From: Podarcis bocagei
Taxonomy: Eukaryota
Direction: 5' to 3' (one strand)
NCBI GenBank assembly: GCA_964188305.1
Contig: OZ076893.1
Length of the DNA stretch: 64,000 nt
The translations under genes were made by a program, and so were the position numbers. Each line of letters opens with the position of its first letter. The stretch's first letter is position 1. A model generated the notes under the pieces. The model did not search any database and was not told the origin of the DNA. It saw only the letters and a list, made by a program, of their open reading frames with translations. This document shows, one piece after another, positions 37,976 to 53,324 of this stretch.

Positions 37976-40900
37976 TATTTTTGGCAGGGTTTTTCTTCTT
38001 CATGGAAGAGAATTTCATCATATGTTCATCACCTTAAGTGAAAAGTAGTGCAGCCCAAAACCCAACTTAACCATCACAGCAATTCTTCATGAGAACTTCA
38101 CCACAGCAAAAAAAAGTGTCAGAATTTTCACTGCCCTTCAGTTATGTCAAAGGATTAATAAAAGCTTCCTTATGATTTTTCCAGAAGCAGCAGAAACAGA
38201 ATAAATAGAGCTATTGTTAAATACAAGCAGAAATATTGCTTTGTTTTCATGCTAGGCTGGGAAGGAAAACAGCTCCAAGTGTTTTTAGAAAATACGTGAA
38301 ATTCAAGAGAATTAAATTAAGTTTCTAATTGGGTGATAATTCACAAACGTGGTATCGATTGTAATTCATTTCCTTTTAGATGGGATTTCATGACTAAGGA
38401 TTATTTTATGGAACTGTCTTGCTGATGCTAGATCTAGTTTTTGAAAAGTCTCAACGGAGAGAGAGAGAAAAAATAGGGGGGGGGGTGTATCACGGCCTAA
38501 AATATTTATATCTATCTACTGCAAGTGGCAAAGCAAAGTCAAAGTAAACACATGGAAAGATGGTAAATTAACTGGATCTGCAAATCAATTACATCGCAGG
38601 AAGAAATTCTGTACTAGCAAGGTGTGGACTATATGGGAAACAAATAAGAGCCTGAGAAACAAAGGGCGTACTTTTGGCCTGTTGGTGCATCTCTACAAAA
38701 TCTCCTCAGAATTTGGGAGCTCCTTTCCCTTTGCTCTCTTCCCTTCTACCAACTGCTTCCTTGACATTTGAACTGACAGTTTTCCCTGCACATGGAGTTC
38801 TTTCTATTTTAACCAATATTTCATTATTTCTCATGGCAATCAAGAATAAGAAACACTATAGTTATTGTGCAAAACTATAAACCAAATGTGCTAAACTCAT
38901 TTGCTTTGTTTTCCTTTTGAGAATCTAGGTGATAGTTGTTTATGCTCCATATATAGGCCCTTCTATTAATGAGCACTAGAAATAAGTGGTAAACAATTTA
39001 CAGACTCCAAGAAACAGATTAAAATCAAACTGACAAAACAGACTTTGTAAAGGCCACACGGGAAACAACACATATTCTTTTTGACTATGTACTGTATATG
39101 AAATGCAAAGCAATGAATTCTAAAAAGAGCACTCGGTTATGCCGTGGTTTGCTCAAAGGAGATTCCAAAGTTAAGCATGTGCTAAGCAAGAGTGTCACAT
39201 GCCATTTTCAAATCTAGTATCTGATTGCTTGCTACTGTGTCACACATAAGTTACTTTCCAAAGACAGCTAAGAATGGATTCTGAATGTGTCAAAGATGCT
39301 ACTGCATTAAGTGCCCCAAACCAAGAATAGTTTTGAGTCAGCAATATCCAGTTTCTGTCCTTGAGTTGGCGTCAAAAGGTTGCAGCAAAAAGTTTTCCAA
39401 CATTCGAGAAAATAATAATATACAAATACCTATTGTATGGTTTTCACAAGTGGTACTAGGCAATCTTAAACAAGGAAATTGAGTAGAGTGAGGCTTAAAT
39501 GTGAGGGGGAAATGGACAGAATTGGGCTGTGAGAAAGACCTTTTTCAAAAATCTAAGTTGATCCAAAAGTATACATCAACTAACCAGTTTCTGTCTCTCT
39601 CATTCTTGGGTTGGACATTAGCAATTTCTCATATCAAGCTTAAGGCTTGGTTTACCCTGACTTTATGAGTACACATCTAATACTAGGCAATGATACAATT
39701 AAGGCCCTTGGGTATGCCATAAAACACAGAAGCCACATTCATTAAGAGCCTGAGTAGCTTCTGTACTAATCACATGGAATTGCAAGACTGTCAATCAAAA
39801 CAGCATTTTATGTATTTTATGTTATAGAATGCACAACTTCCATACCCTGTGGAGGTGTCCATACAGGATTGTCTGCACCCATTTTCCCATTTTTTTTTAT
39901 TTCACCATTTGTACAAAAGTTCTCTTGGTTTCTCCCCTTATACAAATTTATTAAAATATGGAACGTTTCAACTAAGTTTCTCCTGCCCCTATAAGAATTC
40001 CATGTCAAGGTGCTTCCATTACTTCTCTTCATCTCTTCTAACTACACAGTTTTAACTACCCTTCCTAGACCTCTTCTTTGGCAGTAAAGAGAAAGTGTTT
40101 TCCCATTCAAGGACTCTAGAACAGTGAAGTCTTGCCAAGATACAATTTACATTAGGCTATTTTAGTTTAGCTAAATGGGTCCTTTCTAAGTACATTTATA
40201 AACCTTCATAATTATGTTAGCTGGCTTTTTAAAGGAGGCTAAACTAATTCATATAGAATGATCTTGGGAAAGGGTTTAGTGTTTTCAGGTTGATTTTATG
40301 ATGCCACCTTTTAAAAAATGAATTGTTTTAGCTATGTTTTATGCTGTCTCAACGATAATGTTGGTTTTAATATTTAATGTCTTTTGTAAGCTGTTTTGAG
40401 TATGTGGCCAAAAGATGGGAGGGTATATAAGGCATATTATGATCGCCTCCACTGGAACCCCCAAATTCAGAGCAACATCCATTTGATTCTCAGGTGCTGG
40501 AAGCAAACATTATGGAATGGCCTTGTTTCCAATTAACTCAGAGGCCTGCAAATAGTCACTGCTGGGAGAAAATAGGTGGACCTTTGGGTTGATTCAGCTT
40601 GGTAATTGTGATGTTTTAATGCCTTTACATGGAAATTCATACAAGAGCTATATAGATTTAAATAACCATAGTAATAGCTTCAGTTATTGCTGAGATGAAA
40701 AATGAGTAAAGATATGGACAGGCCATTTGACCAATGAATGACCTGCAAGCAAGAGACTGAGACATGCTGAAATAGCAGTAAAGTTCACTCTTAAGCAATC
40801 AATAGCAATCTAACAGGTCAGGACAACCTTTTGATGGTGCTGGCATTGCCAGAGCAATTTTATTTCCGCATGAGAAAACATTATCACACTACAGGCATGG

Positions 40901-41047
40901 CAAATTGCTCATATATAAACAATGGGTTAATTGCAAACTGTAAAACAAACAATTAAAAAGCATTGCTGAAACTTTTCTAATAGTTTTCTTTTGCCAGTCA
41001 CAGAAAAATAATTCTTACAGGTTTCCTTACTGATGGCAATGCCTTAC

Positions 41048-41212
41048 CAGTGTAGATGCTGGCATTAGAAGCTGGGATGCCAAACTGTGACTCGATGAAC
41101 TTGGGGATGAAGGTAATAAAAGCAGTAACAATGGCACTCTCGGCTGTGTATGACAAACTCACAAAAAGGAATGTCATGTTGCTTAAGATCCTGACAGCTG
41201 CTCTTGGAAGTT
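41048..41212 (-). CDS. SLCO5A1: SLCO5A1 exon (ELPRAAVRILSNMTFLFVSLSYTAESAIVTAFITFIPKFIESQFGIPASNASIYTG)
   Basis: OATP F.PKF.E.QFG motif; ttgtag|AA ... ACT G|gtaagg. Confidence 0.96.
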
Positions 41213-41225
41213 CTACAAATGGCAC

Positions 41226-41253
41226 AAAAATAAAAATAAAAATAAAAATAAAA
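41226..41253. repeat. (TAAAAA)n microsatellite forming the pyrimidine tract of an SLCO5A1 acceptor
   Basis: Direct reading; 12 nt from the acceptor AG at 41213-41214. Confidence 0.85.
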
Positions 41254-43576
41254 GTATGACACATGAACTTTATATATACATAATGAACGGAAAACAAAAA
41301 GAAAATCAGCCTGCTTTGAGCTGGATTTTAAGGAATAGTTACCCATCCAAGACCTCTTCCTGGGGGTTCCACAGTGTGAATACAAAATAATCTTAGCATA
41401 TGTTAAGACCTTTCCAACATTCCCAAGTGTGCTTCCACAAGTAGAAGTCTTAGGAGTAAATAACTCAGTGACAGACCACCTGCCTCACATGTAAAAAAAA
41501 CCCCAGGTCCAATCTTTGGCATCTCATCCTAAACAGATCAGGTAGATGGTGATGGGAAAAATCTCTGTCAAAAATCCTGGGGAGCCAGTGACAGTCAGAG
41601 TAGACAATACTGGACTAGACTGACTCAGCATAAGCTAGGATCAGATGTCCAAGTCCCAGGAATTGTAATTGTAGAACTAAATGCACAATCCCGTTTGGCA
41701 GGCCTTGGTTATAATGAACAGCAGGGTACAGCTCAACATTATATGGATTTCAAAAGTTCCTTTTGATATGACATTGGTTGCACAGAAGATACTGCAGTAT
41801 GGCTCCTTCATGTGCGGGTCAGGAAATGGTTATAAATGAGCCCATGCTGCAGCTTATTCCTATCTGAACAGTACTCCTGGAAATGGGGGCAAGGTTAGCC
41901 TACGGTAGAGGCAGGATGTGTGCTCATCATATTATCCAAGTGACATGGGAAGGGGTTCTGCTACTGTGGTTCCCAAGCCACCATGAAAAAAGGAACTAAG
42001 TGTAGAGACAGGAAGAGCATAGTGAGGACGGCTCAGTATGTCTTATCAGAAATCCTCTACTGCCTCCAGCTGCAGTCCTCAACCTCATAGGGACATTTTG
42101 CAGGGCTGATGTTTCAGCAACTGTCTTACATTTAAAAGTGCCAAGAAGAAACAGACTGGCCAAGCAGGCTATAAATGAGCAACACAGGACACAAGAGACA
42201 ATAGGGGGAAGCTACAACAGCAAACACCCTCCTCTGCAACCTCCACTACTTCTCTCCTCACCACAAACACAATCCTATCCCTAACTTTTCATATCCCTGC
42301 AATGGACATAATTGTTGTAAGCATTTCAATTTGCCAGAGAGAACAATCCTCTTCCTGAGCACTGTTCTACCAACACCCGACCCCTGAGCCGCTTGTGGGG
42401 ACACAGAGGGAGGAGAGGGGAGACCATTCCACTTTACAGCATAGCCTGACCATTTTCAGGTCAACTTAGCCAAACAGCCAATAAGGGTGATTTCTCCCCC
42501 AACGTTTGTAATGAATGCTTTTAATAGGAACCAAGGAGAAGCATTACAGCAAGCCCTGGGGACTGAAAGTGAAGGTGGATGCAGCAATTTTTCATTTAAA
42601 ATAATGAAGACATATAGCAGTCACTGCAAAAATTCAGCAGAATGCTACTCTGCAACTTTTCCTGACACACAGTCATTTAGAGGACAATGCTGAAAGTCTT
42701 ATTTCCAGAAGACTTGCTCACATTTGAACTACGCAAAAGAGAATGGTTGAGGAACTGAATCACAAAGTTTAGGTGTGAAGAAAGCCAAAACTAAAAAAAT
42801 GGCATGAAGCACATTTTCTTATAGCCAATTAAATTTGCTGAATTGCTAACTGAGCAATTATGACACTGCAATGTCAAAGAAAAAGAAAAAGGTGACATTT
42901 TCAAAGGTGAATATGAAACTGTACCAATGTGCCAAGAAATGATGGTGCAGTTTTATGACAATGCCACAACTAGGTCACCAAATGGTGCTAGAACTATATT
43001 ACAGGCCACAAAAGGTTGGGGGGCGGAGTTAATACTACAGGTCAGTCTCACTGGAAACCAACTACTGTATAAAGCAAGCCCAGATTTTAAAACAACTTCA
43101 AACCAACCATGGTTGAAAATCCTGGTTTTTTTGGATTTCCCTGCTCAAAGACTAGTTATTTAGTGACTTCCTGATTTAATTGTGACTCATACAAAAGGAA
43201 GGAGTGAAGAGGTTGTATGCACTGGCAAAAAGCTTATTCATACATTGTTGAGCCACTACTGGATGACCCTAAATCAGCCTCTATGTACCCCTTTGTGTCT
43301 TATTTTCTGCCCCATGTGCTTATGGGCTTTGAATGCCCATTAAGAGTAGTTTAAATAGGATATTATATATATTATTTCTGTTACTAGTACCACCAACTAT
43401 AATATATTACTTTTGCAGTGTCTTAAAACAGAAATTGTTTCAACACTGGTTACTCTCCCATTTCCCAAGTGCACTATTATTGCCTATTAGCTTTCATTAT
43501 CAATTTTCAGCAGAAACTAACAGTAATAGTATGATCTTAAACCTCACCCCAATCTGTTATTTAAAAAACATATTAC

Positions 43577-43800
43577 CTCTAACATTCTTTCCAAATCCCA
43601 TTGAAGCAGGGACTTCATGGTCTACCTGACTTTTGCTGTTTGCTTTTTCTTTTACAATATCATCATCACTTGAAACATCATCAGCATGCATCTTCTTTTT
43701 CTTCTTTTTCTTGTGTCGAGGTGGAAGCTTTTTGGGGAAAGTAAACATTGGAAGTATGACAAAAAGCATCGCAGTGGCACAAAGGAGGAAGCCACTCCAC
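43577..43800 (-). CDS. SLCO5A1: SLCO5A1 exon (WSGFLLCATAMLFVILPMFTFPKKLPPRHKKKKKKK...GFGKNVR)
   Basis: OATP signature WW.GF...FPK.LP; cttcag|G ... AGA G|gtaata. Confidence 0.96.
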
Positions 43801-44342
43801 CTGAAGTTGAGAGATAAAAAAGAACAATTGCAGCTGGACTATATGTGTACTGCAACCAGAAACAAAAACTAGTGACTGAGACTGTACAAAGATTCTCTGC
43901 ATCTTACAAAACAGAAAACATCCAATGTACTTCTAATTATTTCGTAAAATATTTCTTTACATGCTGAGTGAAATTACAAAACTGACATACAAGTAAGAGT
44001 CACAACTAGAATCAGAAAGAAACAAACAGCCTGGTCTGCACATAACATTAAAGTTCAGTTTATTAACTATGGTTTATTAAGCTATGTGTGAACCCAACCA
44101 AGCAGCTTAACTAGGATTTTTATACTGCCAAATCATGAACTGGCTTCTAAGAGACTGACAAAGCTTGGCTTGCTTTAACTATAATTTGGCATTAAGTGTG
44201 AATCCAGCACTCTTTTTTAACTACAGCTTGTTTGCCCATCCCATCACAGATGCTCACCAAAGTGTAAAGCCATGAGGCAAGAGCAGCTAGAAAGCAAACC
44301 AAATGAGCCATGGTTTATTTGATTGTCTATGGGAGAACTTGT

Positions 44343-44393
44343 GGTTTGTTTGTTTGTTTGTGTTTGTTTGTTTGTTTGTTTGTTTGTTTGTTT
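44343..44393. repeat. (GTTT)n microsatellite
   Basis: Direct reading. Confidence 0.95.
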
Positions 44394-46432
44394 AAAAAAC
44401 CCTAGCTTAAAGTTTAATCCATAAACAAACCACGGCTTCATATAATGTGTGAATCAAGCCAATATATGATACAAAATGAATTTCTATTAAATAAATAAAA
44501 AAACTAGGGGACCGAATATCAAGTAGGCAAATAGCACTTGCAGTACAAACCAAAATAAGTTTGAAATGAATGTTAAGGCAGACAGCAGGTGTCTATTTCA
44601 GCAGCAAATTAAGCATGTCCTTCTCAGCATTTAGTAGGAAACTAAATGTTTTTATAGATCCACTGTAAGTTTTGTACATTTGTAACACAATAGAAGACAG
44701 TAATTGACAAGGTCTCTTAATGTTGGGAAATTAATTCCCCACTCCCCAGACAGCACAATCCCAAAACTGATCCCACCCGCTGCTCACTGCTGCAGACTAC
44801 ATGTTCAATGTAATGGTTCAGACATATTCCAAGGCTAGATAACATACATTCTGGTCATTGTGGCCTATCAGAGTTATGTGGCCACTGATGCTACTTTTTC
44901 CTCATCTCTTTTGTCTCTAGTTACTAAGCTAAATTTGGCTCTCAAACTTCAGCTGTGTTCCAGTTCAGTCAGAGTTTTCTTTTTACCTGTATGGTTGATG
45001 TATAGCAACCAGACAGCCATTCTGAAAGAAAATATTTTCTGGAGCAAAAGCATTGCAGAACTGGATGCTGACATAGACTCGGTATTATTCCGCCCTAATA
45101 TTCTATTCTGTGTGTAATTCACATGGGTTACCTTACTCTACCTGTGTTAGATTTTCCAGAATGAATATATACCGGTAGAGAGAGATGGAGACCTCCCACA
45201 TTCCTAGGTCACCAGCTGCTGGCCATTAAGTAGCTGAGTGTACCATCTGCAGAACACCAATTAAGGAGCATCTGGTAGAAATAAGAAGCCATAGGCTTTA
45301 TGGCTACTCAGTGCCTTGTAAATGTGCCTAATTATAGCACAGCACCCAGTTATTTCTGGCAGATGTTTGGCACTGAATGTCTGGAAAATCTAAGGCCATA
45401 TTTCTTCAAATTAAGATCACCACTATTATTGTCATGGTTAGATTGTTCATGGTTAGATTGTTAACTCCCTTCACTGTGACTCTTATATAATTATTGCTGC
45501 TCCTTTGATGTCGTTGCAGCTGTTTCTAACCCACTTGCTGCTAAAACTAAACAGTGCTTTGTCAACTTGGCTATCTCAGCGAACAGCAAGAAGAAATTAG
45601 GGTGCTAAAGTTGTTAACACTAATCAGATATCATCATGGTCAGTACCTGGATGGAAGAATGTTTGATACATCTATAGGAAGCTACTCTGTGCTCCCAACA
45701 GAAGGGGAATGTGATTAATTGAGATTAATTAATCTGAAAATGCACTGATACAGCATGGGCTGCTTGGCAAGCGAAACACAACAAGTAAGAATTGTCCTGT
45801 TGGTTCTAACCAAAAGGTCTATCTACTCCAGCATCTCTGGGAAACTCACAAGCAGGGCATAAAGGTGATTCCCATCTCTGTTGTTTGTGCCTGGCAACTT
45901 ATGTTTAAAGTCCATTCAGCTATCTTGCCCACAAATCTGCATAAATCATTTATTGTGACAACCCCTCTGTTGCTCAAGTAGACATGTTAGAGCATCATAA
46001 TTTGTGCCAGTACAATGTCTCACAACAGCAAGCTATAAAATGAGAATGCATGACTAATTATGCAAATTGAATTATTCTCACATATTAACTCCTATATAGT
46101 TGGAAGTGCAGAAGTGTAGCTGGATATTGGCATATAAACACACACACATACTCCAGGAAGGGAATCTAAAGGCTTTGCTGCAAATGCTAAAGTACTTGGT
46201 TTTTAAAAACCTTTTTAACTTTGAATATTTATTCATAGTTCTACATGTACAACTAGCAAACAACAGGGGGAAAAAGTGACAAACCAGCAATCAATCTGGT
46301 TAAACAATCCACAGATGCATCACGCACTGTAGTTACTCTAAACTCAGAACTGCCAAGGACACGGTCAAATGGATCATGAATCCAATGTCAATGGTCATTC
46401 TCATGCATAACAGACATACGGCTGCAACTTAC

Positions 46433-46565
46433 CAGTTACCGATGAAACGAGGGTCACTCTGGTCAATATAAACAGTACTTCTAGGATCCACATAAAACCC
46501 AATAAGAACTCCGCCTAATAAATATCCTGCTGCTGGACCAAGTGCTCCCATTACATACATGATGG
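46433..46565 (-). CDS. SLCO5A1: SLCO5A1 exon ([45 protein letters not shown]); upstream exons lie beyond the window
   Basis: OATP signature DPRFIG(N)WW; tttcag|CC ... AAC TG|gtaagt. Confidence 0.96.
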
Positions 46566-49500
46566 CTGAAAAAAGAAAAGCAAAAGCCAACCCAGGACAT
46601 GTCAAAATATACCATATTACAGACATTACAATATTAAAGCAGAATGCTAAAGTAATAAAAGATTTCACAGATAGAAAGAAAAGGAAGACAAGTGCTTTCC
46701 TATGATTTTGCTTATTCTAAGAGCAGCCACTCCTGGCTTTTTCTACAGTTCCTATTGTTTCTCCCACATAAAACATCCACCCCCTTGCAACTGCATACAG
46801 GATTGCCTTCTAAAAAGCAAGTTCCATTCCTGCTGCATGCTAATGAATGGTAACATCATACCTTTTTAACACTTCTAACTTTAAGCAGCTAGATATTTCA
46901 GGGTATTTTTTCATTCCTTATTTTCAGAATAAGGAAAAACTATTTGCAGTGTCTGATTATTGACATATAAGCAAGTGGAGTAGATAGACAACAGGGGAGG
47001 GGACAGACTCTGCTGGGTGGGGAGAGTGTGTCCTTTTACATGAGCTTGGGCTTTTTTCTTGCAAGGGTCCTTGGGAAGGCGAAGGATGGAGCCAGAATTC
47101 CAGGTAGGGGCCATGTGGGACAGAACCACTTTGGCAGACTGGGGCAGAGGCACGGGGATGGCATGCAGAATGCACTGTGCTGTGTGTAATACTCTGAACT
47201 CTCTCCAGAGTAGACCCAGGTATAAATATGCATATCTTTTGGAGAATACATGATTTGCACCCAAATCATCCGCATTTACCACTGGAATGTGCAGCAGCTA
47301 TTTAGTCTAAGCAGACATTACAGAGCATTTATTTAGTAATGCTGAAGACAAGTTTCACAGTTAGCAGAAATACAGTATTACAAAGATAAAAATAACAAAT
47401 GCAGGCTATATTCCATTAGAGATGGGAATGCTGCCTAAAACTTAAAATTATGAAGATACTGTATGCGGTCCTCCGATTCTGTAAATATATCTTACTGGCA
47501 ATATAAATATTAAACACCCTGACCCTTAAAATAATGTACTTAACTCTTCAGTGCATAAATGGAAATTAGGAAGTGCCCCCCTCCATTAACAAGTTACCAA
47601 TCCCCACTGTGGTGAAATGTGATCCTGAATAGTCATCAACAATTGTAGTAAGATATGGAAAGTGAAACTAAAACTAGGCCTGAAGCACAAGTAAGGTGGG
47701 CTGTTCTAGTCACTTTTAGACAATAAAAATGCCTGCCATTCATTAAGTACCGATATGAAATTTTAAGTAGCTAATGAAGAACAGTTCCTAGCCTAAAACT
47801 TATTTACAATTGTATACAGGAATATATATTTGGCTATTAATATAGAACTAGTGGGGAGTGTCAGGCGCTACCCATGATTTTTTAGAAAGCAACATAAAAT
47901 GGTTTCTCCTCCCTTAATAGTGTAATTTGTGAGTTTGCACCTATCACACCAAATAATGACTGGAGTCATGCGCCAAAGTCATATTTCAGTCCATGATTTC
48001 ATCCTTACAACTTTGTGAGGCTGGAAGAGAGAAACTGGTCCAAGTTCAGCCAATGAGGATCATAGCCTAGTATGCAGTTGAACCCCAAACTCCTTGATCC
48101 TAGTCTGACACTTTAACCACTGCGCCATACTGGTCTCTGGGATTGTAAAGAATCTCAAATGCCGTACCATAATTTGTTTGAATTAATGAGGAAGGAAGTT
48201 GGGCAGAGCAGTCCAAAACCATGATTTCTAGGGGGTTTGGTTGAAGTGGGGGTGTCCACTGGCCCACTGATTAGGAGCACTTGAATGCCCCTGCCTAAAT
48301 AGCAAGTGGACAGACACTACCATTGGTAGGCATGCCACTGGTGTTAGTTTCACTGCACCAGCCTGGTCCTGGGAGCTAGTGCAAAAAGAGACATTCTGCC
48401 CCCCGCAAGACCTTCTGCCCTACTGGGTTCAAGTGGTGGTGCTGTGGCCATGTCACTCTATCAAGTCCTATGTGAACAATGATCACTGGGTAAGTTTTAG
48501 AGTCCTACCTAACTCAACTTTTATTTTTTTTTACAATTAATATAGCGGATATTGTCTTTAAAACTTCTTAAGTGAAGCACCATTCCTATGTTATAAATTA
48601 ATCATAGTTCCTGTCTTGTGGTAATAGTGCTATTTTTGAAGCTTCAGACTTACATTAGTATAACTGAAGAGTGCTTCCAAAGGAGGTGGCTGCTTTTAAA
48701 AGCAACAACTAGGGAAACAAACTTGGATTCACTTTCTGTTGTCTTGCCAAACTTAATTCACCCAGAGCTTATGGAGTTTGCATAGATCTCACTCAAAATC
48801 ACAATTAAAGCTCTCCAAAGATTAGCAATGTCTAGGAAGCAGTCGGATTATTCCCCCCCAATGCAGAATAAATTATATATTGTACTGTGTATCATTTATA
48901 ACAACTGAAATATCTCCTACAACACACAAAAAGATGTTACTTTTTCCAATACTAAGAAAATAAGCACAAATTATCAACTATTATCAACAGAGGTGTCTGG
49001 CAGATGGTTGAGGACACACACAAAAAATACCTGTGAAATTCACTGTCACATATAGGGTTGATCAGCTGCTTAAACAAGCTTTAGAAAAGGATCAGACTCA
49101 AGTCTTCATCACCCATTCTTAATTTGTATCCATGGAGGAGGTTGGGACAACATGCACTAACCCAGCACTCCTGACCTTTCCCCATTAAGTGGTAATGTCT
49201 GAAGCAGGGTTGTTAGTGCATTTGACCAAATGTACTTACAGTCTTCCCCACAGTCAAAAACCCTGAAGAATCAGAATTCCCAACACACTGAGGATTACAG
49301 TTCAGCTGAACAAACCAGCTTGAGGTCAGCAACCTGCCCTTAAGAGAAAGTTGGACAGCGCAGGAGCAGTGCATGTGATCCCTCCACAACCCCCATGGAA
49401 AACAATTAAGAATGTCTAATGGTTAAAGTACAGTAATGGAGAACAGGTCTACCAGAAGCTACTATGTGGAATTTCTAGGTTCAAAAACAACACATCTCTG

Positions 49501-52500
49501 GATTCCAGATGCTTAGGACAAACAACAGAGAAGGCCATCATGCTTGTGAGTTTGCAGGGGTATATGGCTGGTTGCTATTAGAAAGAAATAATGGGTTTTC
49601 ACATGTACCTTACTTATTTTCATATGGCAAGATTCATATCAACCACATTATGGAAAACATTGACTTCTGAACATTTTCCAGCACATTAGTCTTACCACAT
49701 GGAATGGATTTAAAGACCTTTTAAACAGCAGTGCAAAGCAGACCTTTTCCACGCCAAAATACCTAGAATAATAATCATCAGCATTTAGACTCACTTTTTT
49801 TTCTTGCTGTGTTCCTTATAACAATCCTGTAAGGTAAGTCCCTACCAGTTGGGGAGTGGAAGGAGGGAGACAGAGAGGCATGCCTAAGGCATCTGGTGAG
49901 TTTATGATAGTGATGGTATTGGAACCATTGTTCTTGTTTTTACTATGCATTTTGCCATTTTATATTGTGATTTCATGTTGTGAACCGCCCTGAGACATGT
50001 TGGTATAAGGCAGTACACAAATTTAATAAATAATAATAAAGTAAGAATAATAAAAGACAGCAAAAAATATTCCTTGCACAGATGCCACATAAAATAGTTC
50101 AACACTCTAGATTTAAGATTCAGTTTTAAAAACTAATTAAATAAAAAGGTATTTACATTGCCCTGGAAAAGATAATAAAGATGCAACCAAGAGCCTCTTC
50201 GAGAAGGCTTTTCCTTAGTTGAGGTGCCACTACCAAGACGTTCCTGGTCTTGGTAAGCCATTGACTGATCAGGCCAAAAGCAGAAATAGCAGAGTTCGTA
50301 TTCTTGTGCTCGCCTATTGTTGTTCCCCACAAACTTCTCAAGTTGTCCACTAATGGATATTCAATCTAAAATCCATGTCAGAACTATAATCGGCAAACAA
50401 AAATGTTACAAGATAATTTTGGTTCGACTAATAAAGATATAACCCTAACACAGATTTTGTTTTTTTCTTATGAGCCCAACACTGCTACCTTTCCTTTTTG
50501 TGTGAGATACTCACTGTTTTCTTTCCTTCATTTTAATATTGTAGGCGTGTGGACAAAGTCTGTTTTTAGTTTTTGCATAGCACCTTATGGTTTTAGGTGT
50601 TGAATAACAATAGTCTATAGATAAAATGTTATAGAATATTTGTAAGTAATTCAAATGCACACTCACGTAAAAGGATTCTTGATGTAGAGGAGGGGTGCAT
50701 GGACTGTGTTCACAGTCCTTATTCTCACTTTCTACACATACTATATTCTGCATAACTTCTGCCTGTGTATGTGCAAACAGGAATTCTGCCTCTTCTTCAG
50801 TTCCAAATGTGCCAACAATGTCTATGTACAAAACACCTTGTACACTAGTTATTTCAAAAGTGTTGTTAAAAGCCAATTTTTTTAAGCCAACTACAAAATA
50901 GGGTTTTCTTAAAGTTTTCTCTGCAACCAAATATGTCCATTATGAAAAAATGTTTGATATTTATAAATTAAATATAATTATCCCCTAATAACAATGTCAC
51001 ATTCCAGGTAACAATGTACAGTTAATTTAAAAGGCATCTTTGTAACTGTCCTTAAAGAAGCAAACAAAAACAAGAGTACTGAGCAATACTATAGAAAATA
51101 TTTCCTAATACTCAGCTGACAGTAATTTGATAAGACAACCATGTTGGTTCCTTTTTTCGGGATATGATCAAAATCTCCTTAAGCTACATGATGAGTTGCT
51201 TATAACTTAGTACATGGAGCTGTGCTCAAGATGTTGCACTAGAAGAAGCTAACACCGCACAAGTAGTCAAATGTATGAATCAGACCTAAGATCTAATATC
51301 ATAAGACAGTATGAAACTTAGGCCAGATCTCCATCTCTAGCATGTTGGAAGGGACTATTGGGACTATTCTAAATATTAATTAAGAACAGCATATAGAATT
51401 TTTGCTCCTAAAAGACTTCAATAATATGTCGTGGTGTTTCCTCTCAACCAAAATTAATCTCATTCAGAATAATGAAGGGAAATAAATGTTACAACAGCAA
51501 TTAAAACCTAAAGACCCTCTAGCATTGCTAGTTTCCCAACACATTTTCTATAAACATTCCCAAAATGTCAATATAAATGTAAAAAATATGCACATGTACA
51601 TAATTTAAAGTCACCAAGTAAGCTCCAGGGAGCTTTCAACAAAGCAATAATGATTTTATTTTTCAGCTGAATAATGTGAATCCATCTAACAGCCCTAATG
51701 TCCTATTTCTCTTATTAATTATAATTATACATTTTTAACAAAGCGTTTTTGCCTCTAGAAATAAATCAGATTTTGTCACATGCTTTTTTAAATTTTCAGT
51801 TCGCATGAATTAAGTGCAGTAAATTAAATTATCCTGGGTCACAGAAGTATAGCCAGTTGAAAACTGCATTTGCAATCTATGTTTCCTGACATAAAGCCAT
51901 AATGTGGGACTAATTAGTAAATAAACTGAAGATCTGTTATCAGATATATCACCATTGCATTTCACATCACGTTTAGTTTGGTTCTAAGAATTGGTTCACA
52001 GGATCCATTCTTGCCTCTTTGATTCCTTCTCCCCTTTGTCTTCTCTCTGGCTGTCAGTTCTAGTAAGAACGTAAGATGAACTTGCTTGATCAACTCAATG
52101 ACCCATCTAGTCCAACAGACTGTTCTCATAGTGGCCAAAAACAGGACCCCACTAGCAGTTGATATATACTAAAAATGGTATGAATCTTCATTTCCCTAAA
52201 ACAGTGGTGTGGGATGTAGCACAGGATTCATGGAGGATAACTGAATCATAATTTTAATGGTATGAAGGCAAAAACACACATCCAAAAATCTAGCTGCAAA
52301 TTCTCCATATATACATCTAATCATGTTCACCATAAAATTCTATTTGCTGCAAGAATAGTTTGCCAAAGTATGGAGAAAGTAACCTCCATTCCCAAATTTT
52401 TTATCGCTGTTTGCCAAGTGAAATTTACTTGGAATTTCTAAGGAGTGGACAGAGGTATTTTGAGAACTGCAGTTCCATTTACTGAATTACACTGATACGA

Positions 52501-53324
52501 AGGCGAACGTATTTTAAAAATAAATTCGTGCTTTGAACATCCTGGCTTCAATAATTTCAGAAAATGTTTCTATTGGTGTTTCCTGTAGGGGGTGACACTG
52601 GCTGGGGTTGTTAGAGGCCAATGAAAATCTGTTTGAAATTGTTTTAACAATTGGTGATTTTAACAATGACTGACAGCACTATCTCCATCCATGCTATGAT
52701 CCTTAACTAAATCTTCATATCGGAGTTGATAAACTGACCACAAAACAAATGCCATCAAGTCATTTTTAAGAAAAAGGCAATGACAGGAGCTGGGAGGGAA
52801 AGTGAAGTAATTTATTGGGCCCAGGGCAAAATCTGAAGAGAAACAGCAAAAAACCCTTTGGGACCTTAACAAGGAACAATATTTTTCATTGCATAAGCAT
52901 TTGCAGGCAACAGACCCCTTTATCAAATGAATGAAGCAGTTAAGAAGGTTTATTATATATATGTACAGCCAAGGAAGGCTAGTTGTAAGCACTTAAGACC
53001 AAGACCAGAGAAAATTGAATAGAAGATTGTGATAGGTACTGGAGATAGGTCGGGGGAAGGTCCCAGTCCTAAAAACACCGATGAATTTATGGTTCCATCA
53101 GTACTGCTGTCCGTGTAGCTACAAAGCAAAGACTGCACCTACTCACACCAACTAGTATTCCGCTTCCATAGCTAGAAACAGCATCAACACAATTGTTTTC
53201 TGTCATGTAAAAAACATTAATCGGTATCTCTATTATTAGTCCACGGAAAGCATAATCAAACAACATCAACATCACTTATTAAGAACAGCTTATCCTAGAA
53301 CAGGTTATCCCAGAACTTATCCCA

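Noticed and set aside
37209-38041. Cluster of overlapping 60-139-aa ORFs
   Set aside because: All inside the TIR-bounded MITE; no transposase (DDE) motifs.
43690-43715. Poly-lysine run in SLCO5A1
   Set aside because: As I recall, an ordinary conserved feature of the OATP5A1 intracellular loop.
50511-50930. 139-aa minus-strand ORF in the SLCO5A1 intron
   Set aside because: No recognisable OATP or other domain, non-ATG start, no convincing splice sites.
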